This document shows, in pieces, positions 43,815 through 57,710 of a DNA stretch of 64,000 nucleotides. The DNA lies in assembly GCA_002269645.1 (NCBI GenBank), contig NIVC01000350.1:1-64000 (forward strand), written 5' to 3'. The notes beneath the pieces are model-generated. The model was not told where the DNA came from and searched no databases. It worked only from the letters and a program-made list of their open reading frames with translations. Every line of letters starts with the position of its first letter. Within the stretch, counting starts at the first letter, position 1. A program made the position numbers and the translations under genes. Source of the DNA: Macrostomum lignano. Lineage: Eukaryota.

Positions 43815-46800
43815 ATGGACAGTGACGACGCCAATGAGCAGCAGCAGCAGGAAGCCCAAGACGATGCCGGCGCCCTACGTTTAGAGAAGCTGCGCTTCGA
43901 GAAATCCCGAAAAAAAGCAGCGTTCACTCGTTGCAAAAACAAGCTGTCTTGGCTGTTAAAGACGCACGCCTCTGATGACGAAGTGCAAGTTGCCTGTGAC
44001 GCTCTGTCAGACCTGCAAGATCTGGTCAGCGCCATCCAGGAAGAACTGCATGAAGGCTACGCCGACGCCAAGGACAACGAGAGGCGACAGCGCCTACTAG
44101 ACGAAATGGAGGAGACGGAGCGCGACTACCAAGCTGCCATGCAGCGCGTCGAAAGCGCCAGAAACCGGAGATTGCAGCGCGCCAAAGAAGCTCCTCCTGC
44201 CGCGAGCTCAAGCGGTGAGAACGCTGCGGGTGACCAAGAAGAAGCAGCTGGTGAGTTACACAAACTTTCTGGCAGTGCTGCGTCCAGCAAAGGATCCAAC
44301 CCGAAGGAGCTTTCAAAGGATTTGTGGAAGATGCTGAAGCGTGTTGAAATCCCAACGTTTAGTGGAGAAAAGCAGAAGTATGAAAACTGGAAGGCAGCCT
44401 TTGTTGCGTGCATCGACAGCGCCCCTGCAACACCAGAATTCAAGTTGCTGCAGCTTAGGCAGTACCTCAGCGGTGAAGCTTTGAAGGTTATAGAACATCT
44501 AGGACACTCTGCTGCGGCATATGAAGCTGCAAAAGAGAGATTAGAGAGAGAATTTGGTGGACAGCGTAGGCAACTTGCTCTGCACTTGGAAGAGCTGGAC
44601 AGCTTCCCGATCGTGCGAAATGGAAACGCCAAGGATCTGAAAAGCTTTGCTAATCTACTGGATGTGGCTGTCGTTAACCTTGAGGATGCGGGTAAAGAGG
44701 CAGAGCTTCAAGATGGGATGTTGTATGTGAGGCTGCAGAAAAAGTTGCCTGAGCAGATGGTTGCCAGCTACCGGAGGTGGATCTTTGAGCAGCGGAAGCC
44801 GGAGAGTGTTAGAAATCTGAGAATTTGGGTGCTGCAAGAAGCAGAGTTTCAGACTGAAGCGTCAGAGATTGTGCAGGGCGTTGCCACCATGCAGCAGGAG
44901 CGTCAAAAGCGAGAGCAGCGACCAAAGACTTTCGTTACTACGGACAGTGACAAGAAGGTACAGCGAAAGATTTGCATTGTTTGTCAAGGTGATCACGAGC
45001 TGTGGTCCTGCAGTGAGTTCAAGGAGCTTCCGGTGGAAAAACGCTGGGACGCGGCGCAGAGCTCGAAGTGTTGTTTCCGGTGCTTGGGCCAAGGACATCT
45101 TGGTAGCCAATGTCGGCGTGGTCGTCGGTGCGGCATCAGCAGCTGCACAAAGTTCCATCATCGCCTGCTTCATGCAGAAAAAGTGTTGGCCAAGTCTGGT
45201 GAAGCGAAGCAGACTGCATCCAAGGACGCTAAATCCGCTTCCAGTTCAGGAAAGACTGGACCGGTGACGCTTCTGTCGGCTGGTGAAACGGCAATCTCGC
45301 TACGAACGGTACCTGTAGTCCTACGGAACGGGTCCCGGAAGCTGAAGGTGAATGCCTTGCTCGACGATGCCAGTACCAGGAGCTACGTCAACATCGGGAT
45401 AGCAGAAGCGCTTGGAGTGCATGGAGCGCTCGAAAAGGTGAAAGTCGGAGTCATCAATGGCCAAACAGAGACCTTCATGACAGCCCCAGTCTGCTTTAGC
45501 TTGGAAAGTCTGGATGGTCAGACCAGCTCAATGATCGTCGCCTTCACCGCTGATCACGTGACTGGGTCCCTCAAAGGCGTCGACTGGCACGAAGAAGCGC
45601 AGCAGTGGCCTCATCTGAGAAATGTGCCGTTTCCGAAGCTGTGTGAGCCTGCAGTAGTGGACTTGCTGATTGGTGCTGATCACCCGGATCTTCACGTGTC
45701 TCTCAAAGAAATCGTCGGACAGCCGCTGGAGCCAAAGGCGCGCCTGACTCCCCTGGGTTGGACGTGCATCGGTCGCACAGAGCAGGACAATTCTGAGATG
45801 CAGAACGCCCATTTTGCTGCCACTTTCTTCAGCTGCGATTCCGAATCTGGTCAGGTGGCTAAGATCCTGCGGCAGTTTTGGGAGATCGAGAACGTCTCAG
45901 AAGGTGCCAATCGAAGTCCGCTGACCGCCGATGAGGAGAGAGCCGTCCAGCAAGCCAAGTCGTCGCTAAAGTACACGAAGGGCCGTTACCAGATCGGGAT
46001 TCCATGGAAAAAGGATCGGCTGGCTCCAGCAGGCACTTTCTCAATGGCCTTGAAGCGACTAAAGAACACCGAACAGCGGCTGATTAAGGATATGAACGTC
46101 TGCAAGCAGTATCAGGAGATCCTTGAAAAGTATGAACAGCAAGGTTATATCCGAAAAGTGTCGCAAGCTGAGACTGAAGGCCGCTGTTTCCTGCCGCACT
46201 TCCCAGTGCTGCGGCCAGACAAGGCTACGACAAAAGTGCGAATAGTCTTTGATGCATCGGCTGCCAGATTGAACGACCAGATCCTCCAGGGCCCCAAACT
46301 GCAGAGGGATTTGGTTGACGTGCTGCTTCGGTTCCGCCGACACCCGATTGCGATCGCATGCGACGTAGCGGAAATGTATCTCCAGATCGAGATGGACCCG
46401 AAGGACAGGCCGCTGCACAGTTTCCTTTGGCGGGACGCCGATCCTTCAAAGCAGCCGGATGTCTACGAGTTCAACAGAGTGGTGTTCGGCGTCACCAGCT
46501 CTCCGTTCTTGGCACAGTTCGTTACCCGCTGCCATGCTGAAAAGTCAAAAGTGAGCTTCCAGAGGCGGCCGAGACAGTACTGCACTCTACCTATATGGAT
46601 GACAGCCTGGACTCTGCGCCCACCGAGGCAGCCGCCTGCAGGCTGTACGATCAACTCAGTGAGCTCTGGAGGCGCGCCGGCATGCACGCGCGCAAGTGGG
46701 TCTCGAACTCGAGAGCTGTGCTCGATAGAATCCCACCTGAAGACCGTGCAGCCGAAGTTACCTTGGACAGCAAAGAACTACCAAGCACCAAGACACTGGG

Positions 46801-49174
46801 TGTCACGTGGCAGAGTGAGCAGGACGAATTTACCTTTAAAGATGAAAACGAGTCGCGTCAGGTGACCACAAAAAGAGGTCTGCTGAAGAAGCTAGCGAGC
46901 GTCTTTGATCCACTTGGACTGATCTCTCCATTTGTCGTGCAGGCGAAGATTCTGATGCAGGAGCTTTGGCAGACAGGTCTTGATTGGGATGAACCGCTGA
47001 ATGCAGAACTTAGTGCAAAAGTGAGCGCCTGGTGCATTGACCTGAAGCATTTAAGCGAGATTCGGCTTTCCAGGGCGCTTGAAGGAGAAAATTCCCTGTC
47101 GGGTAGTGTGCACGTGTTCGTTGACGCATCCGAGAAAGCTTACGGAGCTGTATGCTACTGGAGAAGTGAAACGGCAACTGACAGTGAACGTTCCGTTCGA
47201 CTTATCATCTCGAAGACTCGAGTAGCTCCAATCACAACCATGAGTACACCGAGGTTGGAGCTGATGGCAGCAGTTCTGGGAGTCCAACTCGCAAGCAAAG
47301 TCGCGCAGTCATTGCAAGTGCCGCTTCGTGACGCAGTTTTTTGGTCTGACAGCTTAAACGTGTTGTACTGGATTCGTGGCCGAGGAAAAATGTTCAAGCC
47401 GTTTGTCTCCTCTCGAGTGGGCGAGATCCAAGCTTCAACAGAGCCGAACCAGTGGAGATATGTTTCGACGGAAAAGAATCCAGCAGATCTGCTCTCTCGA
47501 GGACTATCGATCAAGGCAGTGGCGGCTAGCCAGTTGTGGTGGCATGGACCTCAGTTTCTCTTAGAAGAGGCAGAGAATTGGCCAAAGAACAAAGTGCAGG
47601 TTCCTGAGCAGGTGGAAGAGAGACGCAGATGCGAGGATCAGTCGCCGGCCGGTGAGAGCCAGAGAACGTATGTCACCGATGTGCTAGAGCGCAATCATCG
47701 ACTGGAGCCAGAGCGCTTCTCCAGCTGGATCAGAGCTGTCCGTGTTCACGCTTGGGTGGCCAGGTTCGCTAACAACTGCCGTTTGATGAAGGAGCACCGA
47801 GATACTGGCGAGCTATCACCAGCAGAGATTGAAGCAGCTGAATCGAAGATCATCCAGAGAGCCCAGCAAGAAACGTTTGCGGAAGAGATCGCTTGTCTGC
47901 GAGCAGGAAAGCAGTTGCCGGGACGCAGTGTGATTTCTAACTTGAACCCGAAGCTCGACGTCAACGACCTGCTTCGCGCTGATGGGAGACTAAAGTTCGC
48001 CGATGTGCTACCGTTTAGCACTCGATTTCCTATCATTCTGCCACGATCACACCGCGTGACGGAGCTCATCGTGAAGCATCACCACGAAAGTGTCCAACAT
48101 CTAGGCACAAACCAAACTCTGGTGGCACTGTCAAACCGATTTTGGATCGTCTCGGCCAGAGAAGCCATTAAGTCTTGGGAAGCAAAGTGCGCCGAATGTC
48201 GCCGACGGAAAGCCAGACCAGCCAGCCAGATTATGGCCCCCTTGCCCGCTTGCCGATTCAAGGAGCCGCTTCGTGCCTTCGCTCGTGTCGCTGTCGACTT
48301 TGCCGGTCCATTCATCACTAAGCAGGGCCGTGGCAAGGCTCGGCAGAAAAGGTACCTGGCATTGTTCACCTGCTTGGCAACGCGAGCTGTACATCTGGAA
48401 GTGGCATTCGGCATGGATACCGATTCCTTCCTACGGACTCTACAGCGGATGATCAGTCGACGAGGCCAACCGATCGAGCTGTTCTCGGACAACGGCACGA
48501 ACTTCGTCGGTGCGGCGCGCGAGCTTCGAGAACTAGTCGACGTCTTGGATACCCAGAAGCTTCAACAGCGAACGGCTTCTCAGCAGTTGCGATGGCATTT
48601 CAACCCGCCCGCTGCGCCGCACTTCGGTGGGGTGCACGAAATCATGATCAAAGCAGCGAAGAAGGCAATCTGGGCAATTCTGAAGGAGGCGGACGTCACG
48701 GATGAGGAGCTGCTAAGCGCGTTTGCTGGAGCGGAGGCACTTCTGAATTCAAGGCCGTTGACGTACCAGACGGCGCATCCGAGTGATGATGTGCCGCTGA
48801 CGCCGAATCACTTCCTCATCGGGCAAGTCGGCGGGAAGTTTGCACCGGAGGTCGACGCTGCCATCGCCCGCAGTCCTTCAAGAAGATGGCGTCACGTCCA
48901 GCAGCTGGTGTCGCAGATCTGGCGCCGGTGGTTGCGCGAGTGGCTGCCGGGACTCGCACCGCGGAGCAAGTGGCGCCGCGAGCTGCCTGACCTACAACCT
49001 GGAGACGTGGCGCTGCTGGTGAGCCCGGACTCGCCTCGGGGTCACTGGCCGCTGGCTCGCGTGCTGGAGGTCATGCGCGGTTCGGACGGTCACGTGAGAG
49101 TCGCCTCAATCAGAGTCGGTGATCGCACAATGACGAGACCAATAACAAAGTTGTGTCCAATATCTGCAGGTTAG
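43815..49174 (+). CDS. gag-pol: BEL/Pao gag-pol polyprotein (one 1-nt frameshift at about 46560)
   Basis: Gag with three zinc knuckles (CIVCQGDHELWSC, CFRCLGQGHLGSQC, CGISSCTKFHHRLLH), protease LLDDAS, RT (KVRIVFDAS, DVAEMYLQI, YMDD), RNase H FVDASEKAYGA, integrase HHCC plus DFAGP/SDNGTNF/E. Frames 43797-46865 and 46595-49174 join if TTC-CAG is read as TTC-CCA-GAG. Confidence 0.95.
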
Positions 49175-49887
49175 TTTGCGAACCTTTGCTAGAGAATTAG
49201 ACTTTGTCAGGTTTCGCAATTTTTCTGATGAGTTGTTCAATTTTCCTGTTTGTTGCATTGTTCGTAAAGTCTTCTTTCCCTTTCATGCTAATAGGAATCA
49301 CCCTGTTTTTGCCGTCTTAACCCAATTTTCGCTTTCAGTGTTCAACGCGATTAACATTCATTATTTAGCTATTTATTTTCTTGCGTGAATTTTTGCTGAA
49401 TAGCAGTCGTTACGGTTTAGTGAATTTGTCGGCAAGTTTGTCTTTTGCGTTTTTTGAGTTTTTTACGAGCGATGTTTGCATTATTTGAGCTCTACTTAAT
49501 ATTGCTTGATTTTCTGCGCTTAGAAGTACCATAGTTTATGCGCCAGTTCCGACCTTTTGATAGCCCAATGCTTACAATTTTTGTTTCAGTTTTTGTTTCA
49601 GTTGCGTTTGGTGGCGGAAGTCTGCGTTCGTGTTCAATTTTGAAATTTTATATGATAGCTGACGTACTTCTGCAAAATTTTCGATTGTCATCTACGATCT
49701 GCGTACTTATCTTCACCTTTTGCTCTAATTTTCTACCATTCACAATGTCGCCATCAATGTTTCATGCAACGTTGCTTTTTTGCTTTTTGAGTTCGATTTT
49801 GTATCACGCATCGTTTTCGAATATTTTCCTATTACGTATTCGTTTTCATTGTTTCATCCCTCGAATAGTTTTTGTCATTGTTATGCC

Positions 49888-49900
49888 AAGGTGGGGGGTA
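49888..49900 (+). promoter_or_regulatory. Polypurine tract
   Basis: AAGGTGGGGGGTA directly abuts the 3' LTR. Confidence 0.8.
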
Positions 49901-50186
49901 TGTTTGGGAGGTAGATTAGTAGCATTGATTTTCTTTCCAATTCCACTGCGTGATTTAATGTACGTGTTTATTATTCAATTTTCTATGTACGCTGATTTAG
50001 CCCAGGCCCATCTCACCCACCCCCCTCCACGCTGGCTGATTCTGACTGACTGCAATAAATATATCATCGAGAGGGCTTATTAGCCCTGTGTACGGTTTAC
50101 GCTTTTCGTTTTGTTAGCGTCTCGCTTGAGCCTCAGCTCCAAAATAGTTATTGGCGGACCATCGGTCTTTTCATTTCTATAGTACA
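49901..50186 (+). repeat. 3' LTR
   Basis: Direct repeat of 43443-43728, preceded by the PPT. Confidence 0.97.
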
Positions 50187-50964
50187 CTGTGTGTGTTGGT
50201 TACTGTAACACTCCCAAAAAGGCCTATTACGGAGTACTTCAGGGTCAGCTCAACCCCTCCCCCCGCGACCCCATATTGATCTACCATTGCTGGCGCTTTT
50301 GCTTAGTTTCTTTGGATTTTGGCGTCCGACAGTCGAACCCATTGCAGCAGGAAGTTCCTCCCATTCCAACTGGGTCAGCTTGACTTTCATTCATCTAAAA
50401 AAAGGTCTGCAAGCCTCCAAGCGAGACCGAATTCGATAAATACAAAAATTAATCGCGTGTTTAGCCTTATGGAAGTTTTTGGGAATCCAGTTTTTTTATC
50501 TGCAGCGTCTAAAATTGCTGTCTCTGAATGAAGATTCTTGTTATCTATTGGGCGTTTTTGTTTGCTAGATAGTCGGTCGGCTTCGGGCCCCCTCCGTTCC
50601 TTATAGCTATGTTGGCATTTTTTAAAGCAAAACTTTGCTAAAAAGGCAATCGAACACTGGAAACTGGATTTCCCATCACGCAGGCGCCAGTCTTCCGCGG
50701 GGATCCTGCCCCCCCCCCAACCTGCAGAGCCGGGGCTGCGCGAGGACTTCAAACAAAACATGTCCTGGACATTTTGGGCTGCACAATGCACCGCTTTCGA
50801 TGCTATAAATTAGAATTGAAATTCTAAAGTCTGGGGCGTAGCCAGGGGGGACCCCCATGCCGGCAGCTGTGGCCCCCTGGTGCTGCACCCTCCCCCTCAA
50901 AGATGCATTATTAGAAGCTATGATCCCTTGAACAAGTCTGCATGAGCCCGCGTGACAGTCAGAG

Positions 50965-51860
50965 AGATCTAGTCTTAATGACCGAAAGTCAATGACCGAG
51001 ATCTAGTCTCAATGCCCGAGATCTAGTCTCAATGCCCGAGATCTAGTCTCAATGCCCGAGATCTAGTCTCAATGCCCGAGATCTAGTCTCAATTCCCGAG
51101 ATCTAGTCTCAATGCCCGAGATCTAGTCTCAATGCCCGAGATCTAGTCTCAATGCCCGAGATCTAGTCTCAATGCCCGAGATCTAGTCTCAATGCCCGAG
51201 ATCTAGTCTCAATGCCCGAGATCTAGTCTCAATGCCCGAGATCTAGTCTCAATGCCCGAGATCTAGTCTCAATGCCCGAGATCTAGTCTCAATGCCCGAG
51301 ATCTAGTCTCAATCACCGAGACCTACATGTAGTCTCAATGACTGAGATGTAGTCTCAATGACCGAGATTTAGTCTCAATGCCCGAGATCTAGTCTCAATG
51401 CCCGAGATCTAGTCTCAATGCCCGAGATCTAGTCTCAATGCCCGAGATCTAGTTTCAATGCCCGAGATCTAGTCTCAATCACCGAGACCTACATGTAGTC
51501 TCAATGACTGAGATGTAGTCTCAATGACCAAGATCTAGTCTCAATGACTGAGATATAGTCTCAATGACCGAGATCTAGTCTCAATGACCGAGATTTAGTC
51601 TCAAGGACCGAGATCTAGTTTCAATGAACGAGATCTACATGTAGTCTCAATGACTAAGATCTAGTCTCAATGACCAAGATCTAGTCTCAATGACTGACAT
51701 TTGGTCCCAATTACCGAGATCTAGTCTCAATGCCCGAGATCTAGTCTCAATGACCGATATCAAGTCTCAATAACCGAGATCTAGTCTCACTGACCTAGAT
51801 CTAGTCTCAATAACCGAGATCTAGTCTCAATAACCGCGATCCAGTCTCAATGACTGGGAT
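50965..51860. repeat. 20-bp minisatellite (GAGATCTAGTCTCAATGCCC)
   Basis: About 16 perfect units, then degenerate units. Confidence 0.94.
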
Positions 51861-52394
51861 TTAAGAAACAGCTGCTAACTAACTCAATTAGTTTCGGTAT
51901 GAACCAATGATCAAAGTTGACACACTGCAGTGCAGCAATCAGTCTGGGGTGTACAATTAAATTTGGAAATGAGGACAGGGCCAGTTTTTCTAAGGAACCA
52001 AATGTTTTCATGCCTAAAATGAAACTCCGCTGGACGGTCAGTAAGGCCTAGTTGGTTGTAATTGAGTTTAGCAATTTTTGCGAGCTCTTATCTTATTGAC
52101 TACCTCGTCTGTTGCGGCAGAGAAATGTTTTAATAAGATTTAACAGTAAAGTTTCAAGATGCAGGTAACACCCAACCTCTCCCCTTTTCCCTCTGGGCTG
52201 GTTATTGCGCCTGGGACTGCAGCACATTTACATGGCTGCGATAACAGCTGCTTGTATAGTTCAAATATTAGCTCAAAAACTAATTCTCAACGGATCAGAT
52301 AGTGTATGTTTTGAGTTTTTTTCAAAAACAGTCCCGGAGCTTTTTATACGTAGTTAAAAATAGCTGGCTCTTGTTGACAGCTAGAGGCCAGATA

Positions 52395-53015
52395 CACACA
52401 TACAATATACACGCACATACAATATACACGCACATACAATATACACGCACATACAATATACACGCACATACAATATACACGCACATACAATATACACGCA
52501 CATACAATATACACGCACATACAATATACACGCACATACAATATACACGCACATACAATATACACGCACATACAATATACACGCACATACAATATACACG
52601 CACATACATACGCATACAATATACACGCACATACAATATACACGCACATACAATATACACGCACATACAATATACACGCACATACATACGCATACAATAT
52701 ACACGCACATACAATATACACGCACATACAATATACACGCACATACAATATACACGCACATACATACGCATACAATATACACGCACATACACACCACACA
52801 TACAATGTACACACACATGCACATACAATGTACACACACACGCACATACAATTTACACACACATGCACATACAATTTACACACACACGCACATACAATTT
52901 ACACACACACGCACATACAATTTACACACACACGCACATACAATTTACACACACACGCACATACAATTTACACACACACGCACATACAATGTACACACAC
53001 ATGCACATACACACA
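52395..53015. repeat. 17-bp minisatellite (ACGCACATACAATATAC)
   Basis: Tandem units grading into CA-rich variants. Confidence 0.93.
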
Positions 53016-54314
53016 CATGGCGCTGCAATGCAAGAATACACAATAGATTAACTTAACAAGGCAAAACTTAAAGGCGGAGGGCTCAATGCCAGGTGTGCAG
53101 GACTTGAGCACACGACCATGCTTGCATGAATAATAGAAGTGAAAAGTTGAAAAAACTGTCTCAACGCTATTGAAAAGGTGTAGGAAAGCCAGAAATTGTA
53201 AGCAAGCCGATGGCTGCTGTACATGCATGTCAGCAAAGGGAGAAAAACTTGAATATTCACCTCTTGTGCCTCTGCCTCCTCTCTGTTGCGTCCGTCAGCC
53301 TGTCTGCCTAGTAGGAGCACTTGGCTCCCCCTTTCCCCGACTAAGAAGACAAGAAAGCTTCAAAATTGCAAAAGCAGCAATATTGTTAAAAGAATTTTTT
53401 GTTCAAAAGTCAAACAAAAATTCAACAGAGAGAGAGAGAGGGAGAGGGGAGGAGCCTTGGCAACTGAGCTGTGGTGCCAGGCCGGGGTTTGGCGCCAATC
53501 AGCTCGCTCGCGCGCCAATGAAGCAGAGCCTTATTTAACAGTTACATACAGAGACCTTATTGCGCAAACAAAGCGGCAAACAATTTAATGAAAGTGTCAC
53601 TCAAAAATGCACTCAGACTGATAGGGGATTCTCAAGACTGTCTGTAGGATTTCTCAGCAATTCATAGGACCGCTGGCGGCCATGCAGTGCAATGCAAATA
53701 CACTGACTGGTGCTGCATCTGGCATGGCATGGCACTGAGACCGGCTCGCCATTTCAATAAGTTAATGGGCCATATAAAATAAACATTAATGTGTTCTCAA
53801 AGCCTATTAAATGGTATTATGAGACAGGCAGGTCGTGCAGACATCTTGGCGTATAATAATTGAATATTTTTTTCAACACTAGAAATATTTCAGATAGTAA
53901 AATTGTGAAAGCCAATTTCTCTGTACTGTCACGCTTGACTGACAGCAAGGGAGAAGGAAGAAGTGTTGAAAAAAATCTCAGAGGTTTTTATCAATTGTGC
54001 ATTTTGGAGCTGCAGTGGATGACAGGCAAATATAGTTAATTGAAGGCCTGATAACACCTGATTATGCTGCATTTCGCGTGAAGACATGCACTTCAGCACC
54101 AAAATGTCTGTCACACCCAAGCTTTCAAGTGTGTGTGCTGTGTGTGTGTGCCCCTGCCAAACAATTTTATGCTGAAGAGTATAACAGTGACATCTTTGGA
54201 TTGTTGTTCAAGTTTAATTTATTAAATATGAATTACTTGGTTTTCTACGGCACATTGTACTGCAGAGCCAACCGGTTGGAATTGAGGAGTTTATGAAGTA
54301 AAAATGAATATTCG

Positions 54315-54520
54315 GGCGCCAAGTTGAATGTTTTGGCGCGAATTTGAGTGTTTTAGGCGCCAATTTGAGTGCTTTGGGCGCCAATTGAGTGTTTTGGGCG
54401 ATAATTTTAATGTTTTAGCGCCAATTTGAGTATTTTGGCGCCAATTTGAGTGTTTTTAGCGCCAATTTGAGTGTTTTTAGCGCCAATTTGAGTGTTTTTA
54501 GCGCCAATTTGAGTGTTTTG
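54315..54520. repeat. About 21-bp repeat (GCGCCAATTTGAGTGTTTTT)
   Basis: About 10 imperfect units. Confidence 0.85.
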
Positions 54521-54807
54521 GTCGGAATCAACTTATTTATTGACTTAAAACGTTGTGAATTAATAAATGAGCGAAATTGACACTTAAAAATACAATTGCT
54601 GATTCCAGCACGAAATTTACACGTGATAAATGAGACACTATGAAGTGCAGTTCTGCATGACTAAACATTGCTTAACTCCTTCTCCCATCCCCCTCTGCAA
54701 CTCTCCAAAGCCGTTGCTTGAGCTTGAGAACTTAGGAGCAAGATGAATTCAATAATATAGATTAAAATTTGCTACTGCTGGCTCGTGCGGCACATTTATA
54801 TTCTGGT

Positions 54808-55135
54808 ACACAAGCTTCACAATCCCCAAGCTTCACAACCCAAAAGCTTCATAATCCCCAAGCTTCACAATCCCAAGCTTCACAATATCCAAGCTTCACA
54901 ATCCCCAAGCTTCACAACCCAAAAGCTTCATAATCCCCAAGCTTCACAATCCCCAAGCTTCACAATATCCAAGCTTCACAATCCCCAAGCTTCACAATCC
55001 CCAAGCTTCACAATCTCCAAGCTTCACAATCCCCAAGCTTCACAATCCCCAAATCTTCACAATCCCCAAGCTTCACAATCTCCAAGCTTCACAATCTCCA
55101 AGCTTCACAATCCCCAAGCTTCACAATCCACAATC
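54808..55135 (+). repeat. 16-bp minisatellite family H (CAAGCTTCACAATCCC), forward
   Basis: About 20 imperfect units; reverse complement of 62655-63355. Confidence 0.92.
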
Positions 55136-57256
55136 AATGATTCACAATTGATTCACAATCAATGCTCAAGACTCGTTTCCAATCTAGGTGTGTTTAGGAG
55201 TCCTTGGTTCAATATAGTCCGATATCAAAGTTAATTGTGATATCGAAATGCAGTTTTCGCCAAGTTTATAACTGTCAAGGTTATTATTATCTGCACAATG
55301 CCTGGAATAAAGTTGGCTTATGTATCGATAAGAAATTGAATTTCAAGATTTAGATTTCCAAGTAAAAATTAAGCAAAACTATAAAGCTACAAAACGTTAT
55401 CTGTATGAGACAGTTACATATAGATAAGCCTTAATTAATATGCAAGGTTGGAATTACGAACTAGAAATGGTGAATCGCGTCATCCGTAACTTTTAATTGG
55501 CCTTACATGGATAATTTTTTGTCTACGAGCGTATTATACGAGCGTATGTATAATAATACACTGAAACGAGGAGATACTAAATTGTAGTTGACTACAAATG
55601 CATCGCCCTCAAATTTGTGTTATTTATTCATGCGTTTAGTGCCTTAAAAATTTGTTTTGTTGTCGATAGTATATAAAAACTTAAAAATCTAACTCTGTGT
55701 TTTATGTCTATGGTAGAAATACATCCTGGAAAATTTGAAAATCTAACTATGTGTTTTATGTCTATGACAAAAATACAACCCGGAAACTTTAACATCAAAC
55801 TCTGTGTTTATGTCTGTGGTAGCGGAGATAAGCTACTGATAATTTCCGCAAGTTTTAACACTAGGGAATAGACAAGGCAAACAGGCAGAGTGTATTACAT
55901 GGTATATGATACACTCAGCAACATTTAAAACGCGACTCGACGTGGCATTCCAAGAACGACTGCTCGCCATCTTTCCGCGTCTGTCATCTGTTGAACCATT
56001 CTCTCAGCTGGATCACTCTATCTGAAAACAGTCCATAGTCATCGCCCTGTTACTTGCGAGAGGAAGCTACACGCGTTTCTGAAGCTCGATTTGAACCATA
56101 GACTATGCGCTTTGACTCTTCTGAGTGAGTTGATTTTTCTTCTAGTTAGAGTGTTGCGTTTTAAATGTTGCTGAGTGTATATTCACCCATCACATAGTAA
56201 ATCTTAATATACAATTCAGCTTTCGCACAGCCTCACCAATGGAAATCTGCAATGAAAATTCTGAACAATTTGGGCTCACAAGTGTCCAGAAGTTTCCTGT
56301 GTGGGGATCTGTGTGGGTTGGGGTAATTATCAGGGCAGGTCTCTGAACCCTCGCAATTAAATAAGCTAGCAAATTGGCCTTATAAACTGAGCAATTTTTC
56401 TTCTTTCGACGGGCGAAAACATGGCAAGATGTTTTTTTGTGAATTTCCCTTTTTGATTCGGAACAATCACCATCATCATCACCATCTTTTCTATCGGCTG
56501 AAGTCCAATTAAAAGTGCCAATCACTGCATCCGCGCGTCCTCGATTAAGACTCGGGTGTGGGGGGTGGTCTTCGATTATGCAATCATTTTGCGAATCGAT
56601 GCACAAAAACAATTTTCAACCCTTAGTTCCGCCTTCTTTTTCTTGATGTTTTCAATGAGTAAAAAAGGGGAAACTTAGTTGCCAAGACATTTCGGCCAAA
56701 AAAGAGGGTATTGGGACGGTGAAATATTGCAGATTGGGGGGGGTGCAGCTGGTTTCCATCAAAACTTTTATGGACAGCAACAAATTGAAATCTTTCTTTC
56801 GCTTGTTGATCTCTCTCCTCTCCTCCTCCTCCTCCTCCTCCTCCTCCTTCTCCTCCTCCTCCTCCTCCAATTTGAATCGCTGAACGCTTGCAGTCGAAGC
56901 TTAACTTAAGCAGCCAGTCGGTCATTATTCGGCCACTAGCAGATTCGTCCGGATTCGAAAATACACAAAGCCGATTTTCTTTTAGTCTCAGTGCGCTGTA
57001 GTGTAATAATATATTGTGGATATATTTGCATTTATGCTTGCTTTAGAGCTGCATTCTAAATTTATGCATAGATATATGCTTATTGTTTGTAAGCTTATGG
57101 ATGCGCTGTTGTACAAGAATGAAAAATATAAAAACAAGCTGAATAAAAACGGAGGGTAATATTATTTTAAAAAACACTTCTTGTGCGTTAAAGCCTTCAG
57201 ACTGACTCCGCTGCTTAGGGGCAAGCAAAATCAAGGCTCGTCTGGCCTCCGACTCC

Positions 57257-57305
<49 letters not shown>

Positions 57306-57710
57306 GGCGACAGGTGCTGACGGACAGACAGGCAGACAGGTGCTGACAGACAGACAGACAGACAGGTGCTGACGGACAGACAGGCAGACAGGTGCTGACG
57401 GACAGACAGGCAGACAGGTGCTGACAGACAGACAGGCAGACAGGTGCTGACGGACAGACAGGCAGACAGGTGCTGACGGACAGACAGGCAGACAGGTGCT
57501 GACGGACAGACAGGCAGACAGGTGCTGACGGACAGACAGGCAGACAGGTGCTGACGGACAGACAGGCAGACAGGTGCTGACGGACAGACAGGCAGACAGG
57601 TGCTGACGGACAGACAGGCAGACAGGTGCTGACGGACAGACAGGCAGACAGGTGCTGACGGACAGACAGGCAGACAGGTGCTGACGGACAGACAGGCAGA
57701 CAGGTGCTGA
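57257..57710. repeat. (AGAC)n followed by a 26-bp minisatellite (GGCAGACAGGTGCTGACGGACAGACA)
   Basis: About 12 AGAC units, then about 15 units of 26 bp. Confidence 0.93.

Larger units (their letters stand above)
43443..50186 (+). mobile_element. Full-length BEL/Pao LTR retrotransposon, very recent insertion
   Basis: Two 286-bp TG..CA LTRs that appear identical by eye, a 5-bp target duplication CTGTG (43438-43442 and 50187-50191), PBS, PPT and a gag-PR-RT-RH-IN ORF in BEL domain order. Confidence 0.97.

Noticed and set aside
46551-46600. Programmed ribosomal frameshift in BEL pol
   Set aside because: It falls in the middle of RT, not at the gag-pol boundary, has no slippery heptamer, and matches the 1-nt deletion pattern seen in host genes.
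49175-50083. Hydrophobic ORFs after pol as a possible env
   Set aside because: T-rich 3' UTR; the ORFs are short, run into the LTR, and lack a signal peptide, furin site or cysteine pattern.
56190-56612. 140-aa minus-strand ORF downstream of the zinc-finger gene
   Set aside because: No recognisable domain, weak coding composition and no convincing splice links; likely 3' non-coding sequence.
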